A stretch of 64,000 nt of DNA. It comes from Octopus sinensis. Its lineage: Eukaryota. Every line of letters begins with the position of its first letter. Position 1 is the first letter of the stretch. A program made the translations under genes and the position numbers. Location of the stretch: the NCBI RefSeq assembly GCF_006345805.1, contig NC_042999.1, forward strand, positions 44,640,001 through 44,704,000, given 5' to 3'. The notes under the pieces were generated by a model, which had not been told where the DNA came from, searched no databases, and was given only the letters and a program-made list of their open reading frames with translations. Positions 38,539 to 52,364 of the stretch are shown piece by piece.

Positions 38539-39050
38539 CCATAAATCCTCAAGTATAGTCTGCCCTTGAGTATAATACGCAATGGATTTTTAGGGGGCTG
38601 TACCTCTGAAAAACCTAAACCTTGTGTATAATATGCACCCCTTCTCTAACTTGAGTTAAGGAGGTCTATATAACTTCCTTGATTTGTAAAACCATATACG
38701 GTAACATCCTTTATTATTATTGTATATATAACATAATGCAAACATGTAGCTTTTTTGTGCATTTTATTTGCAGAAAATAAAGAAATAACAGTAATAACAT
38801 TTAATGAATGTCGCTTACTGCAAGTTATGGATGATTCTTTTATGACTTCATTGCTTTCAGGTTTAGCTTAAGGTATTTTCACACCTGACGTCACAAAATG
38901 CATCTGAATAAACATTGCCGGACAGCAAATAGAGACTCGAACATTGCTTAGAAAATAATTTTCATTTTTAACCTCGTATATAGTACACACTAGGGATTTT
39001 GACCTTTACATTTTGGGAAAAAAGTGCGTATTATACACAAGGATTTACAA
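38539..39050. mobile_element. Tc1/mariner-superfamily (Tc2/pogo-like) MITE
   Basis: TA|CCATAAATCCTCAAGTATA..GTATAATACGCA versus TGCGTATTATACACAAGGATTTACAA|TA. Confidence 0.6.
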
Positions 39051-39246
39051 TAATTAACTGTTTAGTATTCCTTAACTCTATAGTGTTTAAACTGGCCATA
39101 TCTAACCAAATATTCTACCTGTTTTATGTTTAAACTAGCAAGAGCCAGCCTCTCATTCTTTTCCTACAATGTCATTCTAAAAATAAATAATCACATTATT
39201 GAAATCTCAGAGCTATAAGATAATCCCTGATTAATTCAAAACAATT

Positions 39247-39750
39247 CCAATTTCGAATCGAAATCGAAATCAAATTCGATGACAGGCATCTTTGCTAGTG
39301 GAGCGCTAAGAGTACCATACGAGCGTGATCGTTGCCAGAGCAACAAGCTGGCCTCTGTGCCAATGGCATGTAAAAAGCACCATTTGAGCATGATCATTAC
39401 CGTGTCGCCTTACTGGCACTTGTGCCTGTGGTACATGAAAAAACATTCGAACAAGGTCGTTGCCAGTGCTGCTGGTCTGGCTCCTGTGCAGGTGGCACAT
39501 AAAAAGCACCATTTGAGCATGGCCGCTGCCAGTACTGCCTGACCGGCCCTTGTGCCGGCGGCATGTAAAAGCACCCACTACACTCTTGGAGTGGTTGGTG
39601 TTAGGAAGGGCATCCAGCTGTAGAAACTCTGCCAGATCAGACTGGAGTCTGGTGCAGCCATCTGGTTTGCCAGACCTCAGTCAAATCGTCGAACCCATGC
39701 TAGCATGGAAAGCAGACGTTAAACGATGATGATGATGATGATGATGATGA
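39247..39750 (+). mobile_element. RTE 3' UTR copy (diverged-unit subfamily) inserted in a MITE
   Basis: Matches the reverse complement of 16234-16660 and ends in (GAT)n. The flanking MITE sequence (cf. 1694-1899) resumes at AAGCATTACATTTGAC. Confidence 0.8.
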
Positions 39751-40816
39751 AGCATTACATTTGACAGGGTAATTCTAAAGGGTTATACTAAATTCAATAC
39801 TAAAGGATTATTCGCAGTTCTAAAGGGTTATACTAAATACTTGCCTTTGACTCCTCAACTTCATCTGCTGAAAAAATTCACATCCATCATGCTACGTCCC
39901 ATGATTTCAATATAGCTTGTCTTGGGTGATTACATGCTATTTACCCCATAACTGGGATCCTGGGAGGTGCTACTACTCTGATCAGAGTAGAGCTGGTAAT
40001 AACACTAGCTAAGAAGTGGTTCCACACTCTTCAAAACATTGGAACTCTTAAACCTGGCCCCACATCCGGATGTAGTCTAAAGTCATATCCCTCAGATGCT
40101 GAGTGTATGAACTGGCAATGAACTGTCAATCGTCAAGATCAACGACTTCAGTTAGGAAATTACTGCTATCATTTATAGTCATGGCATGCCCAGATGGGAT
40201 ATTTGTAGCTAGCAAAAGACCAAAGTGACTAAAACCTAGGTCAGACATTCATGCCACATCATTCGATTGGAATGGCTAGCATGGAAGTGGCATTGGTCCA
40301 AAAAAGTCACCTGTCCAAATGAAGATGATGAAGCAAAATATATTAACTCTAATTCAATTATTATAATCTTCATGTAGATAGCTTCAAAGAGTAATATATT
40401 CTTTGAAAATTTTTACTGTTTTATGTCAAATAAATGTACTTTTCCTCAATATTCCTCTCATTAATACTTCTGTAAGTATGGTTAAATTTATACTTTGCAG
40501 AAGAGGCTTAATAAGGCAGAAACATCTCCATAGTTGTCCCCCTTATTTGCTGAAAGAAGCAACATGATTAATATTGTTTATTTTCCTTGTCATAAAATAT
40601 TTTCTATTTAGTGTTTCAATGCTTTTTGTATCATATATGTTGACACTAACCTAACTATTGATTCAAAGGAGTGGTTAACGTCTATCCTCAATCATAGCAC
40701 TGTAAGGCATTTATTTTTTTCGATACTGAATATCAGTTTATTTTATATCTTTATTTGTAGATGGACTTTCATTCTTCAAAAGCTGGAAAATTAAGTTAAT
40801 ATAAGCAATGTTTAAA

Positions 40817-40852
<36 letters not shown>

Positions 40853-41312
40853 GTAAACATCAAACATTGAATTTAGAGGATGTTAAGTAGCAGAGCTAGT
40901 TGTTTTTAATGAATAATTGCCTGCGGTAATGTCAAATTTTAAAAAGTAGGACAAAAGATAATTTATCAAAATTATTCAAGATAGATTTGGCCATCAGCTA
41001 GAATGTCTTACTGTTTATATATACTTTCATTTGTCGTTGTTTGCCAGCATGGATTGGATAGATTTTATAAATGTTAACATTTACATACATTGGAATAATT
41101 ATGCACACAACTGGATGATTATCTTACAGCTAAATATTTAAAAGAAATAAGGAAATAAATACAGAACCCTTTATCTGATACAACATGGCAAGCCGAGGAA
41201 TTAAAGATAATAGCCACAACATGATTTCAACTTGTAACAACTATTGTTTGCATATGGGACAATATATACATACACACACACACCACATACACACACACAA
41301 ACACACACACAC

Positions 41313-41346
<34 letters not shown>

Positions 41347-41364
41347 CACACACATCTTTTACTT

Positions 41365-41826
41365 GTTTCAGTCATTTGACTGTGGCCATGCTGGAGCACC
41401 GTCTTTAGTCGAGTAAATCGACCCCCCCAGGACTTATTTTTTGTAAGCCTAGTACTTATTCTATTGGTCTCTTTGCTGAACTGCTAAGTTACAGGGACAT
41501 AAACACACAGCATTGGTTGTCAAGTGATGTTGTGGGGGATAAACACAGACACACAAACACACACACACACACAAACACACATACACACACACACATACAT
41601 ACATTTACATATATACAACTAGCTTCTTTTGGTTTCCGTCTACCAAATACACTCACAAGGCTTTGCTCAGCCCGAGGCTATAGTAGAAGACACTTGCCCA
41701 TGGTGCCACGCAGTGAGACTGAACCCAGAACCATGTGGTTGGTAAGCAAGCTACTTACCACACAGCCACTCCTGCACCTACTTACTACACAGTCACTCCT
41801 GCGCCTACTTACCACACAGCCACTCC

Positions 41827-41830
<4 letters not shown>
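41365..41830 (-). mobile_element. Major CORE-like SINE, near full length
   Basis: Reverse complement of the family consensus, including the head; the CTTACCACACAGCCACTCCTG head motif is triplicated. Confidence 0.85.
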
Positions 41831-41870
<40 letters not shown>

Positions 41871-42880
41871 CAGGGTGTGATGGGCAAATTGTCATAATTT
41901 TATATTTTTAATTTCGCACATGCACATTGTTTGTTTTTGATTTTGTTGACTACACAGTATAGTAGGGTCAGTTGGGTATCATATGTGAGAAAAATAGCAC
42001 CATGACGCAATTTACTCTGCCAGAAATTTGGAAACGACATGTTCTACTGCTGGAAGCTCCAGTATGAACATTTCACAGTGCTTGGGTGTCAATCTGAGGC
42101 GAGTGCAGAGGATTTGGAAAGAGTTGGATGAGTCTAATGATGATTATGAAGGTACAGCAGCTTGGAAAACTCACTCTGATCGTTCTGATAAGAAAAGAAC
42201 TCCTGAATTTATTTGTTGGTGAGATCCAGGCCATGATTAACAATGATCCCTCCAAGTCAGTCAGGTTCATCACCAAGGAAATGAGAGTGTCTGATTTTTT
42301 TGTCAAGCTCGTAGTGCATGGAGACATTCGGTATTCCTTATACAAGATGAGAAAGGCCACACGGTCTCACACACAACATGGAGCCCTACACCAAGTGTCT
42401 GGAAGAAACAGTGTTGCTCTGGGTCAAGAGGGTGACTGCTGGAAGGCCCTATGTCTGGCAACAGGAGCCTGAACCATGGCACACAAGCAGGAGAACCCAG
42501 TCATGACTGTCAGACAATTTCTGCAACCATATCACCCCTGACATTTGGCCCCCTAACTCCCCAGACTGCAACCCCCTTGATTATTATGTGTAGAGTGCAG
42601 TTGAGTGAGAGACCAACAAAACTCCTTGTATTATCAAAGATGAATTGAAGGCAAGGATTATGGCAGCATTAACCAACAAGGAGATCATCCAGAAGAGTTG
42701 CAGGAGATTCCAAAGTCATCTGGAGGCCATAGTTGAAGCCAATGGCGATTTTATTGAATAAATTTACTTTTTAGTATTTCAAGATATTTCTATGCAGTTT
42801 TTGTAAATATATCTGTTAAAATGAGTTATCAGTGTTATTTTTATTTTTGTGTAATTTAGACGACAATTGTTCACTGCACC

Positions 42881-42883
<3 letters not shown>
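41871..42883 (+). mobile_element. Internally deleted Tc1/mariner element, maT/DD37D-like
   Basis: TA|CAGGGTG..AATTGTC and reverse GACAATTG..CACCCTG|TA ends. Transposase remnants include DPSKSVRFITKEM, DIWPPNSPDCNPLDYYV and RRFQSHLEAIVEANGDFIE. Confidence 0.8.
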
Positions 42884-42957
<74 letters not shown>

Positions 42958-43040
42958 GGTCCCGGGTTGATTCGGGGTTAACCACAGTAAATAAGGTACT
43001 CAATACATAGCAGAGTAAAATTAATTTATTATATAGAAGG

Positions 43041-43091
43041 AGCTTCTACAGGACTAGAACTGTTTCATTCAAGAGAAATCTTCAGGAAGCT
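43041..43091 (-). ncRNA. Type I hammerhead ribozyme
   Basis: Minus strand: AGCTTC-CTGAAGA-tTTC tctt GAAt-GAA-ACAG ttctagtc CTGT-A-GAAGCT. Perfect 6-bp stem I, 4-bp stem III, GUA site, intact core; U-U at 10.1-11.1. Confidence 0.8.
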
Positions 43092-44074
43092 AGTTAACAA
43101 GAATTGTATTGGCATTTATACATTTAGGCAGGTTTAAAGGGGTGGTGGTGGGGGACTTTTTGGGGGTAGGCATAGCGCAAAATATCATACTTGGGGGAGT
43201 GGTCAAGGAGTCAGTGGTAAATTAGATAAAAGAATAAATAAAAAAATAAAAAAATATATATAAAAAATAGAGTTTTAGGTAAGTAAGGAGATACTCACTT
43301 ATACCCATACACATATGTACACACACATACATACATATATACATACACACATACATACACACACACACACATACATATATATACACATACACATACATAC
43401 ACATATCTACACATACACATATACATATACATACACTCACTCACATGCATACACGTATACACACATGTATATATACACACACGACCACACATACATATAC
43501 ACACAGAAAAATATATACATACCACACACACACACATACACGCATACACACACATATCCACATACACACGTGCACCACAGCACACTAGTCCCTATATACA
43601 CATATATACACATACACACATATATATCATACACATAATATACATACATATATATATTATATATATACATATGTGTACCTATACATACCTACACATACAC
43701 ACATATATATACATACAAATACAGACCCATTCCCTAATTTTAATTTTATTATCTTCATTTATTACTTTTGTTATCTTTGACCGCTGGTCCCAAGCATCTT
43801 GGCTATGACAGCAAGTCCATTTATCTGTCTACTTGAAAACAAGCACTCATTCACGCACGCACACTCATTAGCACGTACACTTACTCATTCGTACACTCAT
43901 ACACATACACGCACGCACGCGTTATATTCATACATACATACATCTACATACATTCACGTATATACACATACGTACGCGTACCTACAGATTCATGTCTACA
44001 CTCTTAGAAGGCTAGTCTATACATATACACCAATAAATATATATACACACACATACATATACACCTACATACAA

Positions 44075-44115
<41 letters not shown>

Positions 44116-44122
44116 TATACAC

Positions 44123-44177
<55 letters not shown>

Positions 44178-44301
44178 TATACACACATACACATACATAC
44201 ATATACACACATACACATACATACATATACATACATACATACATCCATACATCCATACATACATACATTTATACACATACGCACACCCACACGTATACAT
44301 T

Positions 44302-44357
<56 letters not shown>

Positions 44358-44827
44358 CAACATACATACATATACATACATACATATACAAATATACGCA
44401 CACACATACATACATACACATATACACATACACGCACATACACATGTACATGTGTACCCATACACACACACACACACGCGCATCCATATATACACATAAG
44501 TAACACATGCGTAAAAGTAAGTATACATTATCTATGCTTACATATACACACACACACGCGCGCCTCCTTATATTCATACTTACATGCATACTCAAAAAAT
44601 AAGTAAATAATAAAATATATATACGCGCAGTTATTCATACATGCATACTCAAAAAATATATATATATATATACACACTATGAAATGGTCAAAACTGAAAT
44701 TCTTTTCCCCCAAGATCTTAGACCCCCCTTGGAGTAAGCATTCTGTCCAGCAGAGCCAAAAAAATTCTTTTCTTCTTCTTCCCTCCCCTTTTCCCTCTTT
44801 TTCTTCAGCACTCATTCCAAATACAAA

Positions 44828-44889
<62 letters not shown>

Positions 44890-45185
44890 CTCTCTCCCTC
44901 ACTTTCTCCTCATCCATCATCCTCTTGTACTGTCTTATATTCCTCCCCACCACTACAAACTCAATACCACTATAAAATGGTCAAAACTTTTCACACAGGA
45001 ACTTAGTTTGATTTGAAAACCCCACTAGAATGGGAGAAAGCGCTAATACATGTTCTAAATTATATGATGTATAAAAAATGTAATATACAAATAAATATCT
45101 GTAAATATAAACCATCCGATTTTCTGAATACCTCATTTCTTCTAATATAAAATACCTGTACATCATCTCCAAACCTTCCAATATA

Positions 45186-45281
<96 letters not shown>

Positions 45282-45299
45282 GGTGTGTAACCATGCATA

Positions 45300-45462
45300 T
45301 AAGTACAGGCATGACTATGTAGTAAGAAGTTTGCTTCTCAATCACATAGTTCTGGGTTCAGTCCCACTGCGTGGCACCTTGGGCAACTGTCTTCTACTAT
45401 ATTCACAGTTCAATCATAGCCTTGTGAGTGGATTTGGTAGGTGGAAACTGAAAGAAGCCCGT

Positions 45463-45519
<57 letters not shown>

Positions 45520-45790
45520 ATGTATGCATATATGTACTTATGCATATATGTCTTTGTGTCTGTATTTGTCCTCCATCACCACTTGACATCCCTGTAACTT
45601 AGTGGTTCAGCAAAAAATGGTTTGTTACGTCCTTGTAACTTAGTAGTTTGGCAAAAGAGTCCAATAGAATAAGTCCTAGGCTTAAGAAAAAATATAAATA
45701 CTGGGGTTGACTTGTTTGTCTAAAATTTCTTAAAAGTGGTGCCCCAGCATGGTTGCAGTCTAATGATTGAAACAAGTAAAAGATAAAAGA
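45300..45790 (+). mobile_element. Major CORE-like tRNA SINE, full length
   Basis: Head GGCATGACTATGTAGTAAGAAG..GGGTTCAGTCCC, CORE-like GGCACCTTGGGCAA, tail GTAAAAGATAAAAGA. Confidence 0.85.
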
Positions 45791-45796
45791 TAACAG

Positions 45797-45797
45797 A

Positions 45798-45864
<67 letters not shown>

Positions 45865-45865
45865 A

Positions 45866-45905
<40 letters not shown>

Positions 45906-45948
45906 ATCGATCTATCTATCTATTATATATCTATCTATCTATCTATCT
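45797..45948. repeat. (ATCT)n array, 5' flank of the Tx1-like LINE
   Basis: Direct inspection. Confidence 0.95.
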
Positions 45949-46157
45949 CACAATGGACGGACGCTAGTCATATCGGCTCCAAGTAAGTTGGCCACTTTTA
46001 CATGTTAAAACTCCTTGTGTCAAATATTTTGTTTTAATCGTTGTGCAATTCATTCACTAAAAAACCTGAGAATTATTCACGTAGAATTCCGCCCCTGTAT
46101 GGGCGAATTACAAAAAAACTTTCAAAACTTTCGTGGGTTTTTTAGCCATTTTTCATT

Positions 46158-48063
46158 TTGAAAATGGCAACTAGAAACCACGTGGCTAGCCCGCCAGTCA
46201 TGCAGAACGGTAGCAAAACACTATTGCTACCACTAGCTGCTAAACATCGCAGCGTGAACACCGCTGTCACCACCATCACCACCACCAACAACAACAACAA
46301 CAAATCTAACGTCGCATTCACCATCGCCGCGACCAAAGACATTAACTTAGATTTCCCCTCACTCCCCACACCACTTGTTGATGATAAAGGGACAGAGAAA
46401 GGGATTTCAAAAATGAATACAAACGAAAACATGAATGCCAGCACCACCACCAACAACAACAACAACGAAATTGGCACAAAGCCGCCTACCAAAGACAACA
46501 CCGCCAACACCAACACCACTACTACGACGTCAAATGCTACATCCAAGCCTTCTGCTGCTAATACCGCCAACACCAACACCACTACCATGACTTCAATTAA
46601 CACTGCCACAATTAACACTTCTACTGCCAAATTCAAAACGAATTTTGCGGACGTAACAAAACAAAAAAGAACAATTGTAACATTCACCACACAAGAGATA
46701 AACCGCACAAAGGCACTCTTCTCCAAAGAAGGAGACAAATTGCACCTTCATATTCCACAACACATCGTGAAAACACGCAAAAAAAAAACAATAATTATAA
46801 AGTAATAAACAAAAAACAAGAAGAACAGAAAATGCACCGCAGGAAAAAATCGATAAATGCCTTCGTCCTGTATGGGACTCAAGGAATATATCAGTTGGGG
46901 AAACAAATTTGGTACAGTCCAAGTACGTTTCCTCAACGAAAGTTTAGCAAAACGTTTTTCCACATTGGAGCTACTTCGGACGACTTGGTAATGATACCAG
47001 TCTATTTAAACAAAAGGGTCACGAAAGTCCAAATAAAAAACATACCATTTGATGTCGAAACACAATGGGTGGTCTCTGCCATCTGCTTTGAAATGTCAGA
47101 GACAATGTCAGAGACAAACATCCTGGAAATCGCGGTTCTAGGAGAGAAAGACTATGTGGGCAAATCAATCGAATTCCTGCTTCAATTGGATGAAGCAGCA
47201 AGAGAGAAGATACCCACCGCTATAGAACTGCCAGGAGGCTACAAACTCTATATAGTGGTAGAGGGCAGGCGACCACGCTGCTATTTTGTGGGAAGCGAAA
47301 CACACTTGAAAAAGACGTGCCCAACCACTGCACACCAAGAGCAACAACAACAACCACTACCACAACCAAAGCACTCCGGAAAAAAAGCTCTACTACCCAC
47401 ACCACCATCAACACAGAAGACGACAAGAGAAGCACACAAGCTAATCCGTCATCAACCAAAAACCACTCGACACCTGGAAAAATACCAACACTACCATCAA
47501 CAGCAAAACCCAAAGGAACAGAAAAACAAAGAAAACACACACAAACTGATCCCCCATCCCTTATACCGCACTCAACACACACAAACACTCAACAACCAAC
47601 AACAACGAAAACAACAACACAACCACTTACACAGACATACATAGAAGCCCACAACATACCCCTACCCCCTTCTGATTCCTCAGAAATTTCGTCGGAAGAC
47701 GAAACCAGTGAGGAATGGCAAATAGCTACAAAAAGAAGGAAAATAAAGAGCAGAAACACAACCAAACCAAATGCAAACACGAACAAAGCAGGGGGAAATA
47801 CATCTCCCGAAGACATTTCAAAACCCAACGCAAACAACAGCCACACCAACACCACAAAAACATATACAGCAAACATGCTCACAGCCATAGACACCAAAAA
47901 CACAAATTTGATGGAATACATCCAATCAAAAACAAACATAACAGAAGATGACATAAAAACAAACAACCACCCATACAACACACCACCAGACCACATCAAA
48001 AATACACATCTCCAAAAGTCTGCACCACACACTCAAAGGCATTTTCCCCAGTGCGGTTGGTAA
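46158..48063 (+). pseudogene. Tx1-like ORF1 (Gag-like), split across three frames
   Basis: Segments 46158-46805, 46832-~47400 and ~47400-48063. Core VYLNKRVTKVQIKNIP and knuckle RRPRCYFVGSETHLKKTC (second Cys replaced); Thr/Asn-rich flanks. Confidence 0.75.
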
Positions 48064-48182
48064 ATGCCAAAAATATCTCACAAAGAAACTGTACTGGGAT
48101 CTTCTCGAGGACAAACCAACGGAGGAGAAAGCAAAAACTTTCGAGCAGTAAGTAACCCTCTGTATTCTAATTCATTAGAACT

Positions 48183-51100
48183 ATGATCAAGATTGGTTGT
48201 GTAAATGCGCGTGGCTTGGGGTCCCCTTGGAAACAAGGGTACCTCTTAAATGACATAAAGTCACATAAGTTAGAAATCATAGCCATAAGCGAGACCAGAC
48301 TCCACAATCCGCGGGCCCTAAAGACCATGTTTGGCGGACAGTTCAACATTTATTTTTCCCCCTGTCTGCCGAGAATGGGCGGTAGTGGCACCGCGGTACT
48401 TTTTCACAAGAGTCTGGATCTCAATGTAAGGACAATATTCGTAGACCCGGAGGGTAGACTGGTCGTCCTGGATGTCGACGGCAGCAATGGGTGCGCTTTT
48501 CGGCTCGTATCAGTTTACGCACCGCCCTTAACAGGTCGGGCGGATTTCTTTCAACGTCTAGAAGTTTTCTTGGGAACGTCTCGTCCTTTACTCTTAGTGG
48601 GGGATTGGAATGCTACCTTGGACACGCATGTAGACTACGTGGGTAGAGATAGGAATAGACGGGGATGCAAATGCCTCAGAGACCTGCTCAGACGCTTTCA
48701 ACTGTCTGACAGGTTTCGACTAGACCACCCGAATGCGCCAACGTGGACATGGAGCAACCGCATCGGGTCGTCGAGATCGTATCTAGATAGGATACTGTGT
48801 AGGACAGTAGATAGAGATAGCATAGGATGTCCACAATTCCACATAGTCAGCTACACGGATCACAAACTTGTGACATGTACGCTAGACTTAGGTAAGACAC
48901 TTAGGCAGGGTCCCGGATACTGGAAACTAAACGCGTCTTTCCCATCGAGACAAGTTTTCAGAGACCGGATTAGCACACTAGTAAAGAGGGCTTTGACGGG
49001 AGCCATCATCAACAACAAATGGTGGTTTGCCCTCAAGAGAGCAGTAAAAGCAGAAGCGATTAGGTACAGCAAAGCACTAGCCATAGATAGAAATAGAGTA
49101 GAGGGTGAGCTAGTTAAGAAGCTAGAAGAGGCAATTAGAAGCGGCATCGCATCCGACGTTTTGGCGGCGAGGTTGGCCCTCGACCAACACTTCAACGCCA
49201 AACACGAAGGATGTGCTGTCAGAGCTAGGATGCGTGCTCTAAGGAACGAAGGTGTTGGAGCCGCGAGAGAGGCCCGGGTGGCAGAGGCGCAACAGGGCAA
49301 CAAAGCCACCATTCGGTCACTGGTAGATGAACAGGGGCGCGAATTGCTCGAGCCAAGTAAAATGTGTGAGGCCTTTCAGCAGCATTTTGCCCGACTGTTC
49401 GGAACGAGTGGAGGGCAAGAACGTAGGGTGGACTTCAGTGCCTACCTACATAGCCTACCACGACTCTCGACAAGAAAGGCAGGGTGCTGCGAAGGTGCCA
49501 TCACGGCGGCGGAAGTGCGGGAAGCGATGGCAGAATGCTCGAGGGACAAATCACCGGGTTTGGATGGTCTACCCTACGAGCTTTACAATTGTATGCCAGA
49601 CTTGTTTGGAGATCTCTGGCGGCGGTGTACTGCAACTGGCAGCAAAACGGGAGCATTCCTGGTTTTGTGAGCCGAGGAGCCGTAACACTGCTGAAGAAAG
49701 ATCTAAACAAGGGAAATGTAATAGATAACTTTAGGCCCATCACTCTGCTTAATGCAGACTTGAAAATTTTGGCCAAGGTGCTAGCCAAGAGGTTGGCGCT
49801 TGTCATCGAGAAACTGGTCGACAAGGCGCAAACATGCGCCGTGCCAGGCCGGACCATCCATGACAACCTCCATCTGATGCGCTACATCATAGACAGGGTA
49901 GTTAACGAACCTGGCATGGGTGGGGCCCTGATCAACTTGGATCAATCAAAAGCCTTTGATAGGGTAGACCATCGATACTTGGAGGCAGTCCTGAGAGCGG
50001 CTGGTTTCGGTCCCGTCTTCCGCGGCTGGATAGCTGCCTTGTACAGAGGCATCCGTTCGGTAATTCGCGTAAATGGACATCTATCGAGACCTTTCGACAT
50101 TGCACGTTCGGTCCGTCAGGGATGCCCCCTCTCGGCGCTTCTATACGTATTGACTCTTGAGCCACTACTGCGGAAGCTGGCGACTCTAAGGGGCATCCCG
50201 CGAGAATTGGGATGCGGGACGAGCGTGTCTGCATACGCGGACGACGTCACCGTCATAGTGTCTAGCCACGAGCACATCGAGCTGGTCGGCGAGACACTGA
50301 AAAACTACGAAGCGGTGACAGGAGCGAAAATCAACCGGGAAAAGTCAGTGGGCTTGCGACTAGGCACCTGGAGAAGCAAGCCCATGCCGTCCACCAGCGC
50401 CTCCGTCGTGGGACGCTGGACCGACGGCCCGGTTGAGTTGCTCGGGGTCTGGTTTGGTCCGGACCTCCAAGTGGAGAAGAACTGGAACGAGATAACGAGT
50501 AGGGTGGTCACTCTCGCCCGGCAATGGGCCGAGAGGAAACTGTCCCTAAAAGGTCGAGCGGAGGTGGCGAACACGTACATCGCGTCCGTCATCTACTACC
50601 GCCTGACCGTCGTACCTTGTCCCGACCCTACCATCACCAAACTACAACGCATCCTCTTTCGCTTCTTGTGGAAAGGATGCGTCCCGATGGTCAGGCGATC
50701 CATTTGCTGTCAACACCCGTTAAAAGGAGGGCTGGGCATGCCGTGGTTGATGATGCGCAGACACGCGCTGAGACTGCGACATCTCTGGCTCTATGTAGAC
50801 GACGGTGAACAGGTGTGGTCGCCGTTTGTGAGGCACGCTTTCCCGCAGCTCGTCTCCATGACCGAACTGCAGTCGTGGATCAAAAAGAGGCCGAGGAAGG
50901 GCGAATGGCACCGCGAGTGTCGCGTTGCTCTCAAGCAACTCTGCCGTCCTGGGTCGACCTTAAGTGACTTCAACACAACCAAAGCATTCTATAGGGGTTA
51001 GTGGAGGGGAGGTACGACGACGAGCTCGGGGCGAACCTGGACGTCGACGAGGAGTACCTGACCCGCCTGTTCGGGACGACTTTCGGGCCAGGGCCCATGG

Positions 51101-51615
51101 ACAACTTCCAGAGATCCCTGGCCTGGCAGTGCTACCGAGAAGCGCTACCCGTTCGGGATAAGCTCTACAGACACGGCTCGAGAAACACGGGGCCGACCTG
51201 CCCGAGATGCGGTCAGAGCGACGAAACCGTTCTGCACGCACTCGTTCAGTGTCCAACAATTTCCGACCTGTGGGCTTATGTCGAACAACTGCTGTCACGT
51301 GTGGGACGAGTCGGTTTATCAGCTGAGTCTATCGTCAATATTGTCACGCCTCCTTCCTTCAAACGGGAAGGAAGAGATTTTCATCATCCTTGTGGCTATG
51401 GCGAAAGAATGTATCTGGTGGACGCGTCTGAAAGGATTGGAGACAAACACTTCCTCTCTGGTCAATCTCTCATCAACTTCTTCAAGTACCACTTGAAAAG
51501 GAAAGTGAGAGTAGAGAGGCAAGTTTTGTCTAGCGAATGTTTTAAAAAAAGATGGGTGAATGTAGCAAGAATGGCACGTATGAATGACGAAGCCACCTTG
51601 AGCATAGTCCTATGA
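48183..51615 (+). pseudogene. Tx1-like ORF2 (APE endonuclease, reverse transcriptase, CCHC finger) with a few single-base frameshifts
   Basis: GCVNARGL, SETRL, VGDWN, SYLDRI, TDH; KSPGLDG, FRPITLLNAD, DQSKAFDRV, RQGCPLS, AYADD; CPRCGQSDETVLHALVQC. Frame changes at ~49615, ~50995, ~51375 and ~51450. Confidence 0.92.
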
Positions 51616-52008
51616 ACCCAGAAATCGAAAACAGAGAGTTGCTTATTTGCAAAAAAAAAAAAAAAAAAAAGAAATATAAAATGTGACTTCATTGACCGAG
51701 GTTACCGTGGTCTTTTCCGCAGGCTTTTTTTTTCCACGGGTAAACCTCACCTGTCCTCCCTTTACACTTCATATTGACATTTCTGTGATAACGATCCCTA
51801 TTGATCATTTTTTTTTCCTCTCCCCCCCCCTTTTTTTTTTTTTTTTTTTAACCCCCCTTATTTTGTCCCTTTCTCTCCTTTTACGATCCCTTTTGATCGA
51901 ACCTCCCCCTTCCTTTTTTTTTTTTTTTTTTTTAATACCTTCAAAAGAAAAGCTCTACCTTGTAATTTGTTCTATCTGTGTGCAGCCCTGTGTGGCTAAT
52001 AAAGAAAC

Positions 52009-52104
52009 ATATCTATCTAGCTATCTATCTATCTATCTATCTATCTAGCTAGCTATCTTTCTATGTATGTATGTAGTATGTATGTATGTATGTATGTATG
52101 TATG

Positions 52105-52138
<34 letters not shown>

Positions 52139-52278
52139 TCTATGTATCTATCTATCTATCTATCTTTTTTATTTTTATTTTTTTTTTTTTTAAACCTTCA
52201 AAAGAAAAGCTCTACCTTGTAATTTGTTCTATCTGTGTGCAGCCCTGTGTGGCTAATAAAGAAACATATCTATCTATA

Positions 52279-52364
<86 letters not shown>

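Larger units (their letters stand above)
45949..52008 (+). mobile_element. Near full-length L1/Tx1-type LINE (~6.06 kb)
   Basis: 5' UTR, ORF1, ORF2 (APE, RT, C-terminal CCHC), pyrimidine-rich 3' UTR ending AATAAAGAAAC; (ATCT)n on both sides. Confidence 0.92.

Noticed and set aside
43222-45345. Many 60-230 aa ORFs rich in Y/I/H/T/C/V/M (also 9076-9498, 13230-13625, 52063-52833, 56527-57137, 63231-63787)
   Set aside because: Translations of (TA)n, (CA)n, (ACAT)n, (ATG)n and (ATCT)n microsatellites.
46142-51298. Antisense and alternative-frame ORFs over the Tx1 LINE (e.g. 46142-46738, 48860-49312, 49501-49866)
   Set aside because: Shadow ORFs of a biased or GC-rich coding sequence with no independent motifs.
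51937-52008. Resemblance of AGCTCT..AATTTGTTCTA to U7 snRNA
   Set aside because: The match is short, there is no terminal hairpin of the expected form, and it is better explained as the LINE 3' UTR with AATAAA.
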